Shown: piece after piece, positions 12,811 to 25,110 of the stretch | How the letters are laid out: each line of letters starts with the position of its first letter | How positions within the stretch are numbered: position 1 is the stretch's first letter | Source: Squatina squatina | Taxonomy: Eukaryota | Reading direction: 5' to 3' | Assembly (NCBI GenBank): GCA_031763465.1 | Contig: JARFOE010000203.1 | Location: 5,727,725-5,778,681, forward strand | Length of the DNA: 50,957 nt | Position numbers and translations under genes: made by a program | Notes under the pieces: generated by a model | What the model saw: the letters and a program-made list of their open reading frames with translations, nothing else | Databases searched by the model: none | Told to the model about the DNA's origin: nothing

Positions 12811-13163
12811 AGTAGTCACATCCTGTCAATTGGAATACATACCCATTATCCCTACTCTGTCTTCTACCTCCCACCCAATTCTCTACCCCTGTCAATAGGT
12901 CGCCTCCAGTTCACGTGCTTTCATTTTTGCTAACAGTCCCTTGTGTGGAACCTTGTTGAATGCCTCGAAATCCATATAAATAACATCCATAGACATCTGA
13001 TCAAGATGTTNNNNNNNNNNNNNNNNNNNNNNNNNNNNNNNNNNNNNNNNNNNNNNNNNNNNNNNNNNNNNNNNNNNNNNNNNNNNNNNNNNNNNNNNNN
13101 NNNNNNNNNNTTAAAAGGTGCGCTAGGCGAGTGTGTGTTGACCTGCTGTGGTTGAGCACTCAC

Positions 13164-13308
13164 CTGTCCTGGTAATGCAGTCCCTGGAGCTGAGTGGCCA
13201 GGTACTGGGGCAGCTCCCACGTCACTTCGTTGGTTTGAACGCTCCAGTAATAATAGCAGCCGGTGTTCTCATCCCACACCTCTTGCCAGTCGCCCATCTC
13301 CACGTTAA
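13164..13308 (-). CDS. FNBP4: Formin-binding protein 4 exon encoding a WW domain
   Basis: tgtacag|...|gtgagt around a 145-nt exon reading NVEMGDWQEVWDENTGCYYYWSVQTNEVTWELPQYLATQLQGLHYQD, essentially the FNBP4 first WW domain as I recall it. Confidence 0.85.
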
Positions 13309-13404
13309 CTGTACAGTGACAGACAAGGACCACATTCGTTACTCGCACACTCATGTCAAGCACAAAGCCCACCCACTCCCAGCACACATGGTCCNNNNNN
13401 NNNN

Positions 13405-14067
13405 TGGTCCTGCAGCAGGTAGGGTAAGCTGGCCTGACCCATGGGTAGGGAATTGGTTAAAATAGGCATGTACTCCAATTGGTAGATGATTAGTGGTGTC
13501 CCCCAGGAATCTGTACTATGATACAGCTTTCCACTGTATTTATCAACAACTTAGATGGAAGGATAGGAGAGCTGTGCATCCAAGTTTACTGACAACAGCA
13601 AGTTAGGTGGAACAGTAAGTAGTGTGGATGGAAGCAGAATGTTGCAAAGGGTCATTGATAGATTAAATGTGGGCAAAACAGAGTTTAATGTGGGAAAGGG
13701 TGAAGTCATCCACTTTGGACCAAGAAGGATAAAATCAGAGTATTTCGAAATGGCAAGAAGCTAGGAACTGTGGATGAGTGGAGATTTCGGGGTCGAAGTA
13801 TAGAAATCGTGGATAGGTGCAAAAAATTAACAAAGGCTCCTGAAATATTAGCCTTTATCTCAGGGGCTGCAATACAAAACTGTGGAAGTTATATTACAGT
13901 TGTACAGAGCTCGGTTAGTTCCCCATCTGGAGTACTGTGTTCAGATCTGACGGCCGCACATCAGGAAGGATATATTGGCCTTGGAGGGGGTGCGGCAGAT
14001 TCACTGGAATGATTCCGGCTAAAAGGGTTAAATTATGAGGACAGGTTGCATAGACGAGGCTTGTATT
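13405..14067 (+). mobile_element. Decayed CR1 LINE reverse transcriptase fragment
   Basis: SGVPQESVL, KFTDNSKLGG, FNVGKGEVIHFG and HLEYCVQ-like motifs with frameshifts. Confidence 0.8.
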
Positions 14068-14167
14068 NNNNNNNNNNNNNNNNNNNNNNNNNNNNNNNNN
14101 NNNNNNNNNNNNNNNNNNNNNNNNNNNNNNNNNNNNNNNNNNNNNNNNNNNNNNNNNNNNNNNNNNN

Positions 14168-14369
14168 TTTTGTTATTGTACCGGTCCCGTCCGTCCCTGT
14201 CGTTATTGTACCGGTCCCCTATGTCCCTGTCGTTAGTGTCCCGGTCCCCTATGTCCCTTTCGTTATTGTACCGGTCCCGTCTGTCCCTGTCGTTATTGTT
14301 CCAGTCCCGTCTGTCCCACTCGTTGTTGTACCGGTCCTGTCTGTCCCTGTTCTTTTTGTACCGGTCCCA
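14168..14369. repeat. 30 bp minisatellite (TTGTACCGGTCCCGTCTGTCCCTGTCGTTA)
   Basis: About 6-7 tandem copies. Confidence 0.9.
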
Positions 14370-14794
14370 TGATTGGATTCTTCATGTGGATGGAAAGTTA
14401 TGTGGCTCAATCCGATCCGAGGCTACTAATTCTAAACAAACGAAATTATGAAGGTATGAGGTGCTAATTTGGCTATGATAGATTGGGGAACTTCATTAAA
14501 AGACATGACAGTGATCGGCAATGGCTAACGTTTGAAGAATGAATGCATGAATTGCAACTGTTATACACTCCCTTCTGGCACAAAAACACAACAGACAAAG
14601 TGGCCCAACCATGGCTCACAAAAGAAATTCAGAGTAGTATTTGATCCAAAGAGGAGTCATCCAAAGTTGCCAGAAATCCTATTAAGACTGAGAANNNNNN
14701 NNNNNNNNNNNNNNNNNNNNNNNNNNNNNNNNNNNNNNNNNNNNNNNNNNNNNNNNNNNNNNNNNNNNNNNNNNNNNNNNNNNNNNNNNNNNNN

Positions 14795-15686
14795 ATCCCC
14801 TTCCCTCCCTCCCCCCCCCACCGCCCCAACCCAACGTCCTTCTGTGTCCACCCATGGAAAAACACTCTCCTGGCTTTCTAACAACTGCACTTACGAAATC
14901 CCACCTGTCCTTTGGTCCTCCATTCACCAGGACATTTCTACAGCTACCGATCTGCTCACACACACCTGGTACGGCCCTTATCTTCATTCCCTTAAGTTCA
15001 AGGGACACAGACTCGAACAGACATGGCGAACAACTGGTTTAGCCATTAACCACCAGATCTGGTGGACCACAAAGCATTAATCGAGTCCTGCTCTCATCGG
15101 CACAATCATTCTGGAATGCAAAGATAAATCCCGGTTTCTATTCTTGACTGCTAACTGTCTTCTTAAACCCCTCTCCCATCTCCTCCACCCTCACCTCAAA
15201 GATTGAGGAGCTCATGGATTTCTTGTCTCTAAGTTTGAGGCCATCCATTCAGCTGCCTCTGCCACTTCCCTTCCATCCCCTAACCCACTGGATCAAATTT
15301 CCTCTAAGGTTTCTCCCTGCCCTAGTCCTGAACTCATATCTTTCTCCAGTTTCTCTCCGATCCGCCCTCATGACCTCTCCGCGCTCATCTTGTCCACAAG
15401 ACCCACTTCCTGCTCCCTCGACTCAATTCTCAGCAAACTGCTGACCACCCAAATTCCTTTTCTGGCTCCCATGTTAGCGGTCATTATTAATAGTTGTCTC
15501 TCCTCAGGTACTGTCCTTGTCTCACTCAACCTGCCGTCATCACCCTTCTCCTCAAAATAAACAACCTTGACCACCCCACCCCTGACCTTGCAAACTACTG
15601 CCCCACCTCCAACCTCCCTTTCCTCTCCAAAGTCTTTGAACGTGTTGTCACCTCCCAAGTCCCTGCCCATCTTCCTCGCAATTCCA
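14795..15686 (+). mobile_element. L2-clade LINE ORF2 fragment
   Basis: AVITLLLKINNLD...LANYCPTSNLPFLSKVFERVV, a degenerate NYRPISNLPFLSK motif. Confidence 0.8.
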
Positions 15687-15786
15687 NNNNNNNNNNNNNN
15701 NNNNNNNNNNNNNNNNNNNNNNNNNNNNNNNNNNNNNNNNNNNNNNNNNNNNNNNNNNNNNNNNNNNNNNNNNNNNNNNNNNNNNN

Positions 15787-16400
15787 TCTGTTCTGAATCT
15801 GTCCCATTTAGCACGGTGGTAGTGCCACACAACACGATGGAGGGTGTCCTCGGTGTGAAGACGCGACTTTGTCTCCACAATGACTGTGCGGTGGTCACTG
15901 CTACCAATGCTGTCATGGACAGATGCTTCTGCTACCAGTAGATTGGTGAGGACAAGGGTCAAGCAGGTTTTTCCCTCGTGTTGGTTCTTTGACCACCTGT
16001 CGCAGCCTCTGTCCGGCAGCAACGTCCTTCAGGACATGACCAGTTCGGTCAGTAGTGGTGCTATCGAGGTGATAGGTGGTAATCAGCAGGAGGTTTCCTT
16101 GCCCGTGCTTGACCTGAAGCCATGAGATTTCATGGGGGCCAGAGTCATTGTTGAGGTCTGACTGTATACCACTGTGCTGCCTCCTCGGCTGGGTCAATCC
16201 TGACGTTGGGCAGAGACATCCTCAGGGATGGTGATGGAGGAGTCTGGGACATTAGCTGAAAGGTGTGATTCTGTGTCAGGCTGTTGCGTGACTAGTCTGT
16301 GGGACATCGCTCCCAATTTTGGCACAAGTCCCTAGATGTTGGTGAGGAGGGTTTTGCAGGGTCGACTGGGCTGGGTGTGCTGTTTTTGATTCCGTAGCCG
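15787..16400 (-). mobile_element. LINE (CR1-group) endonuclease fragment
   Basis: LRQVVKEPTRGKNLLD and IGSSDHRTV, which are AP-endonuclease motifs. Confidence 0.75.
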
Positions 16401-16749
16401 GTGCCATGTGATCCGTCCAGTTTATTCTTATTTTGAAGCAATTGTGGACAACTGAGTGGCTTGCTAGGCCATTTCAGAGGGCAGATAAAAGTCAACCACA
16501 TTGCTGTGGGTCTGGAGTCACATATAGGCCAGACTAGGTAAGGATGGCAGATTCCCTTCCCGAAAGGGCATTACAACAATCCGATTGTTTTAATGTCACC
16601 ATTGCTGACACGAGCTTTTTTATTCCAGATTATTTAATTAACTGAATTTAAATTCCACAGCTGATGTGGTGGGATTTGAACTCACATCTCTGGATCAATA
16701 GTCCAAGACTCTGGATTATTAGTTAACCACTACGCTACCGAGTCCCCAT

Positions 16750-17275
16750 GTGTAGAGGGAGCTTTACTCTGTATCTTTCCTCTGCTGGACCTGTCCTTGG
16801 AGTGTTTGAGGGGACAGTGTCGAGGGAGTTTTAATGTGTATGTTTCCACTGCTGGACTTGACCTGGGAGTGTCTGATGGGACTGTGCGGAGGGTGCTTTA
16901 CTCTGTATCGAACCCGTGTGTACCTGCCCTGGGAGTGTTTGATGGGGCCAGAGTAGAGAATGCTTTATTATGTATCTAACCCGTGATGCACCTGCCCTGG
17001 GTATGTTTGGGGAAAGAAAGGGAGCTTTACTCTGCATCTAAACCCGTGCTGTCCCTTCCCTGGGAGTGTTTGATAGGACAGTGTCGAGGGAGCTTTACTC
17101 TGTATCTAACACGTATTCAACCTGCCCTGGGAGTAGTTGACGGGACAGTGTAGAAGGAGCTTTACTTTGTATCTAACCCCATGCTGTACCTACCCTGGGA
17201 GTAGTTGACGGGACAGTTTAGAGGGAGCTTTACTCTACCTAACCCGTCCCGTGCTGTGCCTGCCCTGGGAGTATT
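16750..17275 (-). repeat. ~63 bp satellite array in reverse orientation
   Basis: Repeated TGCCCTGGGAGTGTTTGATGGGACAGTGTAGAGGGAGCTTTACTCTGTATCTAACCC. Confidence 0.88.
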
Positions 17276-17429
17276 TCCCAACCTCTTTTCCCCCTCTCTC
17301 CCCCTCCGCCTCTCTCCCCCATTATCCTTTGTGTTAAGTGCTTCCTCACATCTGTGTGTGTGTGTTTCTGTATGTCTGAGCCTGTGATTCTGCATGTGTG
17401 GTTCTGTGTGTCTATAACCTGACACAGTG

Positions 17430-18660
17430 AACCCTGTCCAACAAAAATCTCTCAATCTGAGTTTGAATTTTACTATTGGGCTCCGGCCTCAACAGCTTTT
17501 TTTGGCAGAGAGTTCCTGATTTCTGCTACCCTTTGTGTGAATAAGTGCTTCCTGACATCACCCCTGAACGGCCCAACTTTAATTTTAATGGTATGCCCCC
17601 TTGTTCTGGACTCTCCCACCAGATGAAATAGTATCTCTCCCTCATCTTAAACACTTCAATGATATCGCCTTTAATTTTCTATATTCAGGTTGATAAACTC
17701 AGGAACAGAAATGGTCTGGAGCGGGGATGGGAGACAGTAACAGTGGTAATGTCAGTGTAAGGTAGGGGGAGCTCTGTATTGAACCTGCCTGTGAGGGCTC
17801 GATGCTGATACTCTGTATAAAGCAGAGGTTGGAACACAGCAGACCATTCCGCCCCTTGAGCCTGTCACCCCATTCAGTGAGATCAGGGTTGATCTGTATT
17901 TTAGCTCCAGCCACCTGACTTGGCTTCCTATCCTTTTAGACCCTTGCCTGGCAAAAAAAGCTATTCATCTCAGATTTAAAATCATTAATTGTGCCAGCAT
18001 TTACTGCTTTTTGTGGGAGAGAGTTCCACACTTCCACCACCCTTTGTGTGGAGAAATGTTTCCGAACATCTCTCCTGAATGGCCTGGCTTTGAAATTAAG
18101 ATTATGTCCCCTTGTCCTGGACTCCTCCACCAGTGGAAGAAGGTTCTCTCTATCCACCAGCTCCTTTCAACATCCTAAAATCCCCAAGCAAATTAAATCA
18201 TCCCTTAACCTCCTATGTTGTAAGGAATACAAACCCAGTTTATGTAATCTCTCATATTCCTGGAACTCCGTCCCTAGCAGCACTGTGGGAGGACCTTCAC
18301 CACACGGACTGCAGCGGTTCAAGCAGGAGGCTCACCACCAGCTTCTCGAGGGCAATTAAGGATGGGCAATAAATGGCAGCCTTGTCAGCGACGCCCACAT
18401 CCCAGGAACAAATACAATAAATAATTGAACCCTCGGGAGCCCTGGTAACATTCTGGTGAATCTGTGCTGCGCTCCCTCCAAGGCCAGTATATCCTACCTG
18501 AGGTGCGGTGCCCAGAACTGAAGGCAGTTCTCCAGATGGGGTCTTTTCAGAGCTCTGTGCAGCTGAAGCACCAACAATCTATTAGCTGTTTAATTATTTT
18601 TGTACCTGTCGACATTTCCACTGATTTAAGTAGTTGGACCCCTACATCTCTCTGCTCATC
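17430..18660 (-). mobile_element. Several CR1 LINE 3' fragments
   Basis: For example ESRTRGHNLNFKARPFRRDVRKHFSTQRVVEVWNSLP (17936-18157). Confidence 0.8.
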
Positions 18661-18923
18661 CTGGTCCTGGTGTCTAGTCAGTTTGAGGTCTGTGTGCGCG
18701 TCTATCTGTCTGAGTGTGTCTGTCTGCCGATCTGTGTGCATGTCTGTGTTCCATCTTCTTGTTCTTTTCCTTTTGAAATGCTGTTCGGTACCAATGTGTG
18801 GTACTTCCCCAGAAAGTGCTGATTTATTTGTTTAAATTGTTGCATGATAATTAATTTGATTCTGGTGTTTAAGAGCAGCAAACAACTCCTGCAACTCAGC
18901 AACTGATTCTCTGTTTGGAATAG

Positions 18924-19018
18924 TTCACCATTCGGTGACTGCTCCAACTTGCCCTCCGTGTCGGTCTGTCCCACTGTCCTTTCCCGGTGGGTTCGGATGG
19001 TGCAGACCGGAACAGTGA
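18924..19018 (+). pseudogene. Decayed beta-defensin exon 2 (paralog of 26711-26830)
   Basis: Ends FPGGFGWCRPEQ* versus CRGETGCCRPKQ* in the intact copy (C to F, C to W). The 5' part reads PFGDCSNLPSV, then shifts frame into CRSV. It is followed by a near-identical 3' UTR and AATAAA. No exon 1 was found. Confidence 0.7.
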
Positions 19019-19527
19019 AAGATCCAGTGAGGGATTTCCCCTAGCCCGAGCTCTCCACCTTCTCACTGAATGAAACCTCCGCTCACAGGAAGCAGGCTCT
19101 GTTTGATTGTTTAGGTCCTGTAATCCCTGACCCTGTGTTACTGCTGTCTGAATAATGGGCTGTGCTCAGAAATAAAACTCTCTGCATTGATCACAGCTTC
19201 ACCTCCGTGTCTTGTTTCTCCTTCAGGGTCAGTGTGTCCGAGGACAAGGTGTTTGGGGGGTGGAACGAGGCTGGGAGAAGATTTGGGAATCGCAGGAAAT
19301 GAGAAGAGCAAACCGCTGCAGGGAATCTCTGCAAGTGCCGAATAACACATTCAGAAAGATACTGAGGTAAGACCGGTGTCCCAGAATGTCAGCACTGTGG
19401 CTGTTCGGGGTTCAAGATATCTCAGTTGAACAGGTTTCTTTAGGCAGATTGGAAATAGACATCCATTGCATCAAACCCACAGACAGTTTGATGGGACAGT
19501 GTAGAGGGAGATTGACTCTATCTGATC
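18990..19527 (+). repeat. Local duplication, copy A (copy B at about 26802-27345)
   Basis: The defensin C-terminus, 3' UTR, polyA signal, downstream flank and satellite start align directly by eye. Confidence 0.9.
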
Positions 19528-20075
19528 TGTGCTTCCTCTATCGCATTTTTTCTCTCTTTCGCTATCTGCCTCATTTTATATCCGTCTCTCTGCTTCAACT
19601 CGCTCTGTGTCACTCTCCCCTCTTTGTTTCTTTCACTGGCTCTATCTCTCCTCGCCTCTTTTTCTCTCACTCTCTCACTCACCTTTGCTCTCTCTCTCTC
19701 TCCTCTCTACCGGTCTCATTTTTCTCTGCCTCGCTGTCTCTCGCTCTTTCTGCCTTTCTCTCCGCCTCGCTCTCAGTCCACCTCTCTCTACATCTATTGA
19801 GCCTTTGTCTTCTCTCTGCTTATTTCTCTCTCTCGCTCACTATCTTAGCCACTATCTCGTCTTTCCCTCCTCTGCCTCATTCTCTCTCTCCCTCTCTCTC
19901 CCTCTCCAGTCGCTCTGTTAATCATTTATTTTACAGTTGGTTTCCTTTCTGCCCATCTTTCTGTCACTCTTTTCTCACTCTACCACTCTTTCTCCCCTCT
20001 GTCTTTGATTCCTCTCTCTGCCCCTGTCTCTCTCCCAGTTTCTTTCCCTCTCCCTCTCCCTCTCCCTCTCCAAGA
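19528..20075. repeat. CT-rich low-complexity tract
   Basis: Degenerate (CT)n; it produces spurious Leu/Ser ORFs. Confidence 0.85.
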
Positions 20076-20559
20076 TTCCTGATGTAACAGGACTGTTCAA
20101 ACACAACACAGGCCCATCCTGTACTCCAAACACATTGCAGGAGCTGACCACAACTTCTACACCCTTAGTTTTAAAATGAGCTGTCCAGGATGTGCCAGGC
20201 CCCACCAGGGGCCTGCAAGATTTCGCTGTTTACCTAGAGGGAAGCTTGCTTTAGGTTCTAACCTCTGCCTCCAAATCTCATCCAGCTCCATTCCTGAGCT
20301 CATTTTATTACATTTCATCGTCCAGTGACCTCTCCACCCGCTTATGTCCACATTGTCTCCGATGTGCTCCGCTCTGTAAATCTATTGGGTCTTGTTTTTC
20401 CTTATTATTGACAGTCTGTTTCTTCAATTTAATCTGTTTGGTCATTTGGTACAATTTTGAGGAATTGGCCAGCGATTCCTGCTGATCTGCTGAGTGTATT
20501 TCCATATAGGGCACAGATCTCTCTGCGGGGCAGGGTTAAAATAATGCTAAAACAGTTAT

Positions 20560-23070
20560 TCTACAGAATGTATTGGAGGGAACATATTTTAGTAAATCTA
20601 TAAAATAAGTAAAATAATCGTGGGACATTTCAGTGACAAGAAATGTTCTGGCCAGAGGTCGGGAAAGGGGAAAAGGGAATGGAGAATTTACAGTGTGTTC
20701 AGGACTCCTTTCTCACCCAGTGTGTAAGAAGCTCAGTGCGAGAGGAATCACTGCTTGATCTATAATGGGGAATCAACCAGAGCAGATCAAAGATGCTCAA
20801 CTGAAAATCTCGCCTTTATCAATCACAACATATTGAGGTGATGAAAATGGAACTGGGGAAGATAAACTGGAACAGAATATTGACCGAGATAGAACAGCAG
20901 TGGGAAATATTTAAAAAGGTGACCAATAGAGTTCAGGAGAAATATATTCTACTTAACAAACGAGGCAATAATGAAACATCATTGATGAATAAAGAGAAAA
21001 GGGCAAGATTGAAACTGAGGAACAAGGCAGACACGGAGTACAGTGACAGTAAAGGAGAGGATGACAAAGGGAATAGGAAGAGGTTAGCAAAGAATTAGAG
21101 AAATTACATTAAACTTGTACAGAACCTTGGTTAGACCACACGTGGAGCACTGTGTAGAGTCCTGGTTTCCTAATTACAAAAGGAGACCAAGGCACTGTTG
21201 TAGGTGCAACAAAGATTGAAAAGTATGATACCAGAACTGCGGGGTTATAAGTATCCAGAATGATTAAACCTGCTGGGGCTCCTATGTCTAGAGAAGAGAA
21301 GGCTGAGTGGTGATGTAATAGAGATCTTGATGGGGCAGGTGTAGAGAATATGTTACCACTTGTGGACAGTTCAAAACTAGGATTCATAAATATAAGATCG
21401 TCATTAATAAATACAATAAGGAATTCAGGAGAAACCTCTTTACCCAGACATTCCAATTCTGGGCACCACACTTTAGGAAGGGCGGGAAGGCATTGGAGAG
21501 GGTACAGAAGAGATTTACTAGAATGGTTCCAGAGTTGAAGGGTTACAGTTACGTGAATAGACTGGCGAAGCTGGAGTCATTCTCCTTCGAGCAGAGAAGG
21601 CTAGGAGGAGATTTGATAGAGGTGCTTAAAATCATGAAGGGCTTAGACAGAGTAAATAAAGAGGAACTGATTCCAATCGCTGACTAGTCAATAACCAGAT
21701 TTAAGGTGATTGGCAAAAGAACTTGAGGTGACATGAAGAAAACTTGTCAATGCCACACATTGCTAGGATTTGGAATGCACTGCCTGTCCGGGTGCTGGAT
21801 GCAGATTCAATGGTAACTTTCAAATGGCAATTGGATAAAAACTTGAAGGGAGAAGAAATTGCAGGGATATGGGGAAAGAACCAGGGGAGTGAACTAACTG
21901 GATTGCTCTTCGAAAGAGCCGGCACAGAATCGATGGGTCGAATGGCCTCCTTGTGTGCTGTATTGTTCTTTGATTCTATGATCGTAAACACCTTAATTAA
22001 TCCTTTGTGTCAGGGAATACTTACCTAGTCTGTACAAGGTGCCCTCATAATGGAGCCCTTTTAGCTCCGGGGTCATTCTGGTGAATGTGCACTGCACCCA
22101 CTCCAAGCCCAATATATCCTTCCTGAGATGCGGTGCCCAGACTGAATGCAGTTCTCTAGGTGGGGTCTAACCAGAGCTCTGGACAGCTGAAGCTTCACTT
22201 CATCCCCTTTGTATTCCAGCCCTCTTGAGATACAGACTCACATTCCATTAGACTTTTTCATTATTTTTTGTACCTGTCCATTATAATTTTGTGATTCCTG
22301 TACTCGGACACGTAAATCTCTCTGGTCATCCACAGTTCCTATCCTATCGATGTTTCGAGAAGTGGACGTGTGTTTATGTATGTATGTGTGGGTTGTCTGT
22401 CGATATTGGATGAAGGCAGCAAGTGCTTTGTAGCCACATTTGGTGATGATACAAAGATATCATTTCTGGAGTAAGAGAATTTCAAAGCAAAGACGTTCTT
22501 TTAAATTTGTATAGAACCTTGGTTAGACCACACTTGGAGTACTGTGTACAGATCTGGTCTGCATATTAGGAAAAGGATATAGAGACACTGGAGAGGGTGC
22601 AAAATAGATTGACAAAATGATACCAGAACTGGGCGGTTATAAGTAACAAGAATGACTGAACATGCTGGGGCTCGTTTCTCCAAAAAAGAGCAGGCTGAAG
22701 GATAATCTAATGAAGATCTTTCAAATTATGAAGGGGTTTGATAGGGTAGATGTAGAGCAGATGTTGCCATTTGTGGGGAGCCCAAAACTAGGGTCATAAA
22801 TATCTGCAATTACTAATAAATCCACTAAGGAATTCATGAGAAACCTCTTTAACCCAGGGAGTGATTAGAATGTGGAGCTTGTGAGCACATGGAGTAATTG
22901 AAGTGAATGGCAGAGGTCCTTTAAGGAGAAGGTAGATAAGTACATGAGAGAGAAAGGAATAGAAGGATATGATAGGGTGAGGTGAAGTAAGGTAAGAGGA
23001 TGCTCGTGTGGAGCATTAACACCAGAATGGACCTGCTGCGCTGGATCTGTGCTGTAAATACTATGTAATT
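20560..23070. mobile_element. Cluster of nested CR1 LINE fragments, mostly +, one - at about 22000-22350
   Basis: LERVQKRFTRMVPELKGYSYVNRLAKL...RRLGGDLIEVLKIMKG and LVRPH.E motifs recur several times. Confidence 0.8.
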
Positions 23071-23429
23071 GGTTGTTGAGTCAAGACATGGTACAGCACT
23101 CAAAACAATCGTCAGCAATGGGCTGTGTATTGGGGTCAAAACTCCCACCTTTCACCCCTACTGATCTAAAGGACTTGTGTAAAATGAATGTGGGGACTTC
23201 AAACACAGTCCTTGGTGAGGGATCAGATTTGTGTCAAACTGGACCCTAAATTGGCAGACTGACTGTTGCTTGCCGAACAAGTGTCTTGAAAAGACTGTTT
23301 AAACTCTCTCTCTCTCTAACTGATTTCAATCCACCTACAACCGTAACCCTCTCCCTCCAGCTCAGTATGTGTGTGTGTGTCTGACTGTCCGTGCGTATTG
23401 TGTTGTCTGCACATGTTTTTGTGTGTTTC

Positions 23430-24680
23430 TTGGCAGCATGTGCAGATCCCGCATCTATTTTACCCTCTACATTCCGCGCAGTGCCAGTTTCTGAGCTGGT
23501 GTTGCGAGTGTCAGGTACAGTGACGGAGGGCAGTCTTCATCTCCTCTCTCCTCCATTACTTTGGGGACAGGCTGTTTGGGTGGAAGACCTTGGCCATCTG
23601 AAAGCAGAAAGGCACAAGAGTCGGGTTATGGTGAGGGGAGGGAGGAACACGAGATATCCATGTGTGCAGCATCAGCAGCTTGTAAGTGAGAAGATATTGT
23701 GGGGTATCGGGTAAGTGGGATGTGAGAAGGAGGATTAGGAATGAGCCTACCGTTACTGTCCCCAAGGGCTTCAGTTTTCCCGTTCCCACAGCCTCGGTGC
23801 TTTCCCCTCCAATGAGGTCGAACACCGACTCCTCCAGGTGGTAAAGGCCTGTAAAGCGGCTTGGCCGCCTCTACTATGCTGTTGCTCGTGTCGGTTGTGA
23901 GCCACCTTGGCCTGTGAGAGAAAGGGAATTGTGTCAGTGAGGGTAGTGAGTGTTTGGCTGATGTCTGTGATAGTTGTACAGCTGTCAGTGTGTGCAAGGT
24001 CTGAGATGTGGGTGTTATTGTTGCAGCACTGGTAAGGCTGCGAGATGAAGTGAATTTGCGATTGTGAGGTCTCTGGTGAAAGGTAGAGACTGTTGGTAGG
24101 TGAGTGATGGGGCTGTGGTGCATTGAGCAGTGTGTAAGGCTTGTGGTGCAGATGGTGGAATGTGGCAATTGCTGAAGCCTTCACTCACCTTGACCTGTCG
24201 TGTGAAGCCATTAAACTTCTTCTGGCACTAGATCCATGTCCGCGGTATGACACCGTTGGTCGTGACACGAAACCATTGACCGTGACGTACCCAGATGTCT
24301 CCTGCCACGGCCTCCTGTCCACTGTCACGACCAAAGACTCCAGAGCTGCATCGGAGTATCTTCGGGCTCGTTCTCTTTGCTGCTGCTGAGCCTTGTGTCC
24401 CAGCAGCAATTCCAGCTCCTACTCCAATGACAATGAGGTGCTGCTGCATCAAAGCACCTCAAGTGTGGATAGTGGAGAAAGACCAGGTCAGACATTACTG
24501 GCCTGGTGAGCAGTAAGCCAATTAGCAGTGCGTTTAGTGAGATCAGCACTACAGTCATATAAGTGAGCGAGCAGCATGAATTTTGCATGTTGCCTGGAAC
24601 ACTTTGAACGGGTCAGATAGCACTGACGCTGATAGTCATGACACTGCAAGTTTTTGCGCAATGTCCAATTCTGAGGCCTT
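23430..24680 (-). mobile_element. Harbinger-type element remnant with a Myb/SANT-like accessory ORF
   Basis: QQQRERARRYSDAALESLVVTVDRR (about 24310-24390) resembles the R..RFS...LE.LV..V..R start of Harbinger Myb/SANT proteins. Boundaries are approximate. Confidence 0.5.
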
Positions 24681-25028
24681 AGATTTGAACACTGAGAGGA
24701 TTTGATGGGCTAAATGTCTTGTTAAGAACATAAGGACATAAGAATTAAGAGCAGTGGTGGGGCATATGGCCCTTCAATCCTGCTCCAGCATTCAAGAAGA
24801 TCACGGATGATCTTCGACCTGAACTCCACTTTCCCGCTCGATTCCCATAATGTTTGTGTACCTGGTCCATCATGCCAGCTGAGCTCCTGTGTTAAAACCT
24901 GGAGTTAGGCCAAAACACACAACCTTGTCTTCTGAAAGATAGAGAACTGCCAACTGATCCATCACACAGAAAGGAAACGCCTTTTCCCAGGATATCGTCA
25001 GAGCAGAGCCACTCCCCGTCTGTGTGAT

Positions 25029-25034
25029 TATAAA
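25029..25034 (+). promoter_or_regulatory. TATA box of the beta-defensin gene
   Basis: TATAAA about 80 nt upstream of the ATG at 25111. Confidence 0.6.
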
Positions 25035-25110
25035 TCCAGCAAACTCTGATTGCAGATTCAGAACATTTCCACTACAGCCACCTGACCCTGACTCAGAAAC
25101 AACACGGAAC

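Noticed and set aside
19205-19275. Antigen-receptor J-segment look-alike (CAGTGTG heptamer-like, then a near FGGGTRL), also at about 27020-27085
   Set aside because: FGGGTRL needs a frameshift in both copies, the nonamer is poor with 13-14 bp spacing, there is no adjacent splice donor, and no V or C exon is nearby.
19386-20087. 233-aa Leu/Ser-rich hydrophobic ORF (similar ORFs at 28464-29336)
   Set aside because: An artefact of CT-rich low-complexity sequence.
24972-24990. Possible NF-kB-like site upstream of the defensin (GGAAACGCCTTTTCCC)
   Set aside because: It does not match GGGRNNYYCC cleanly on either strand.
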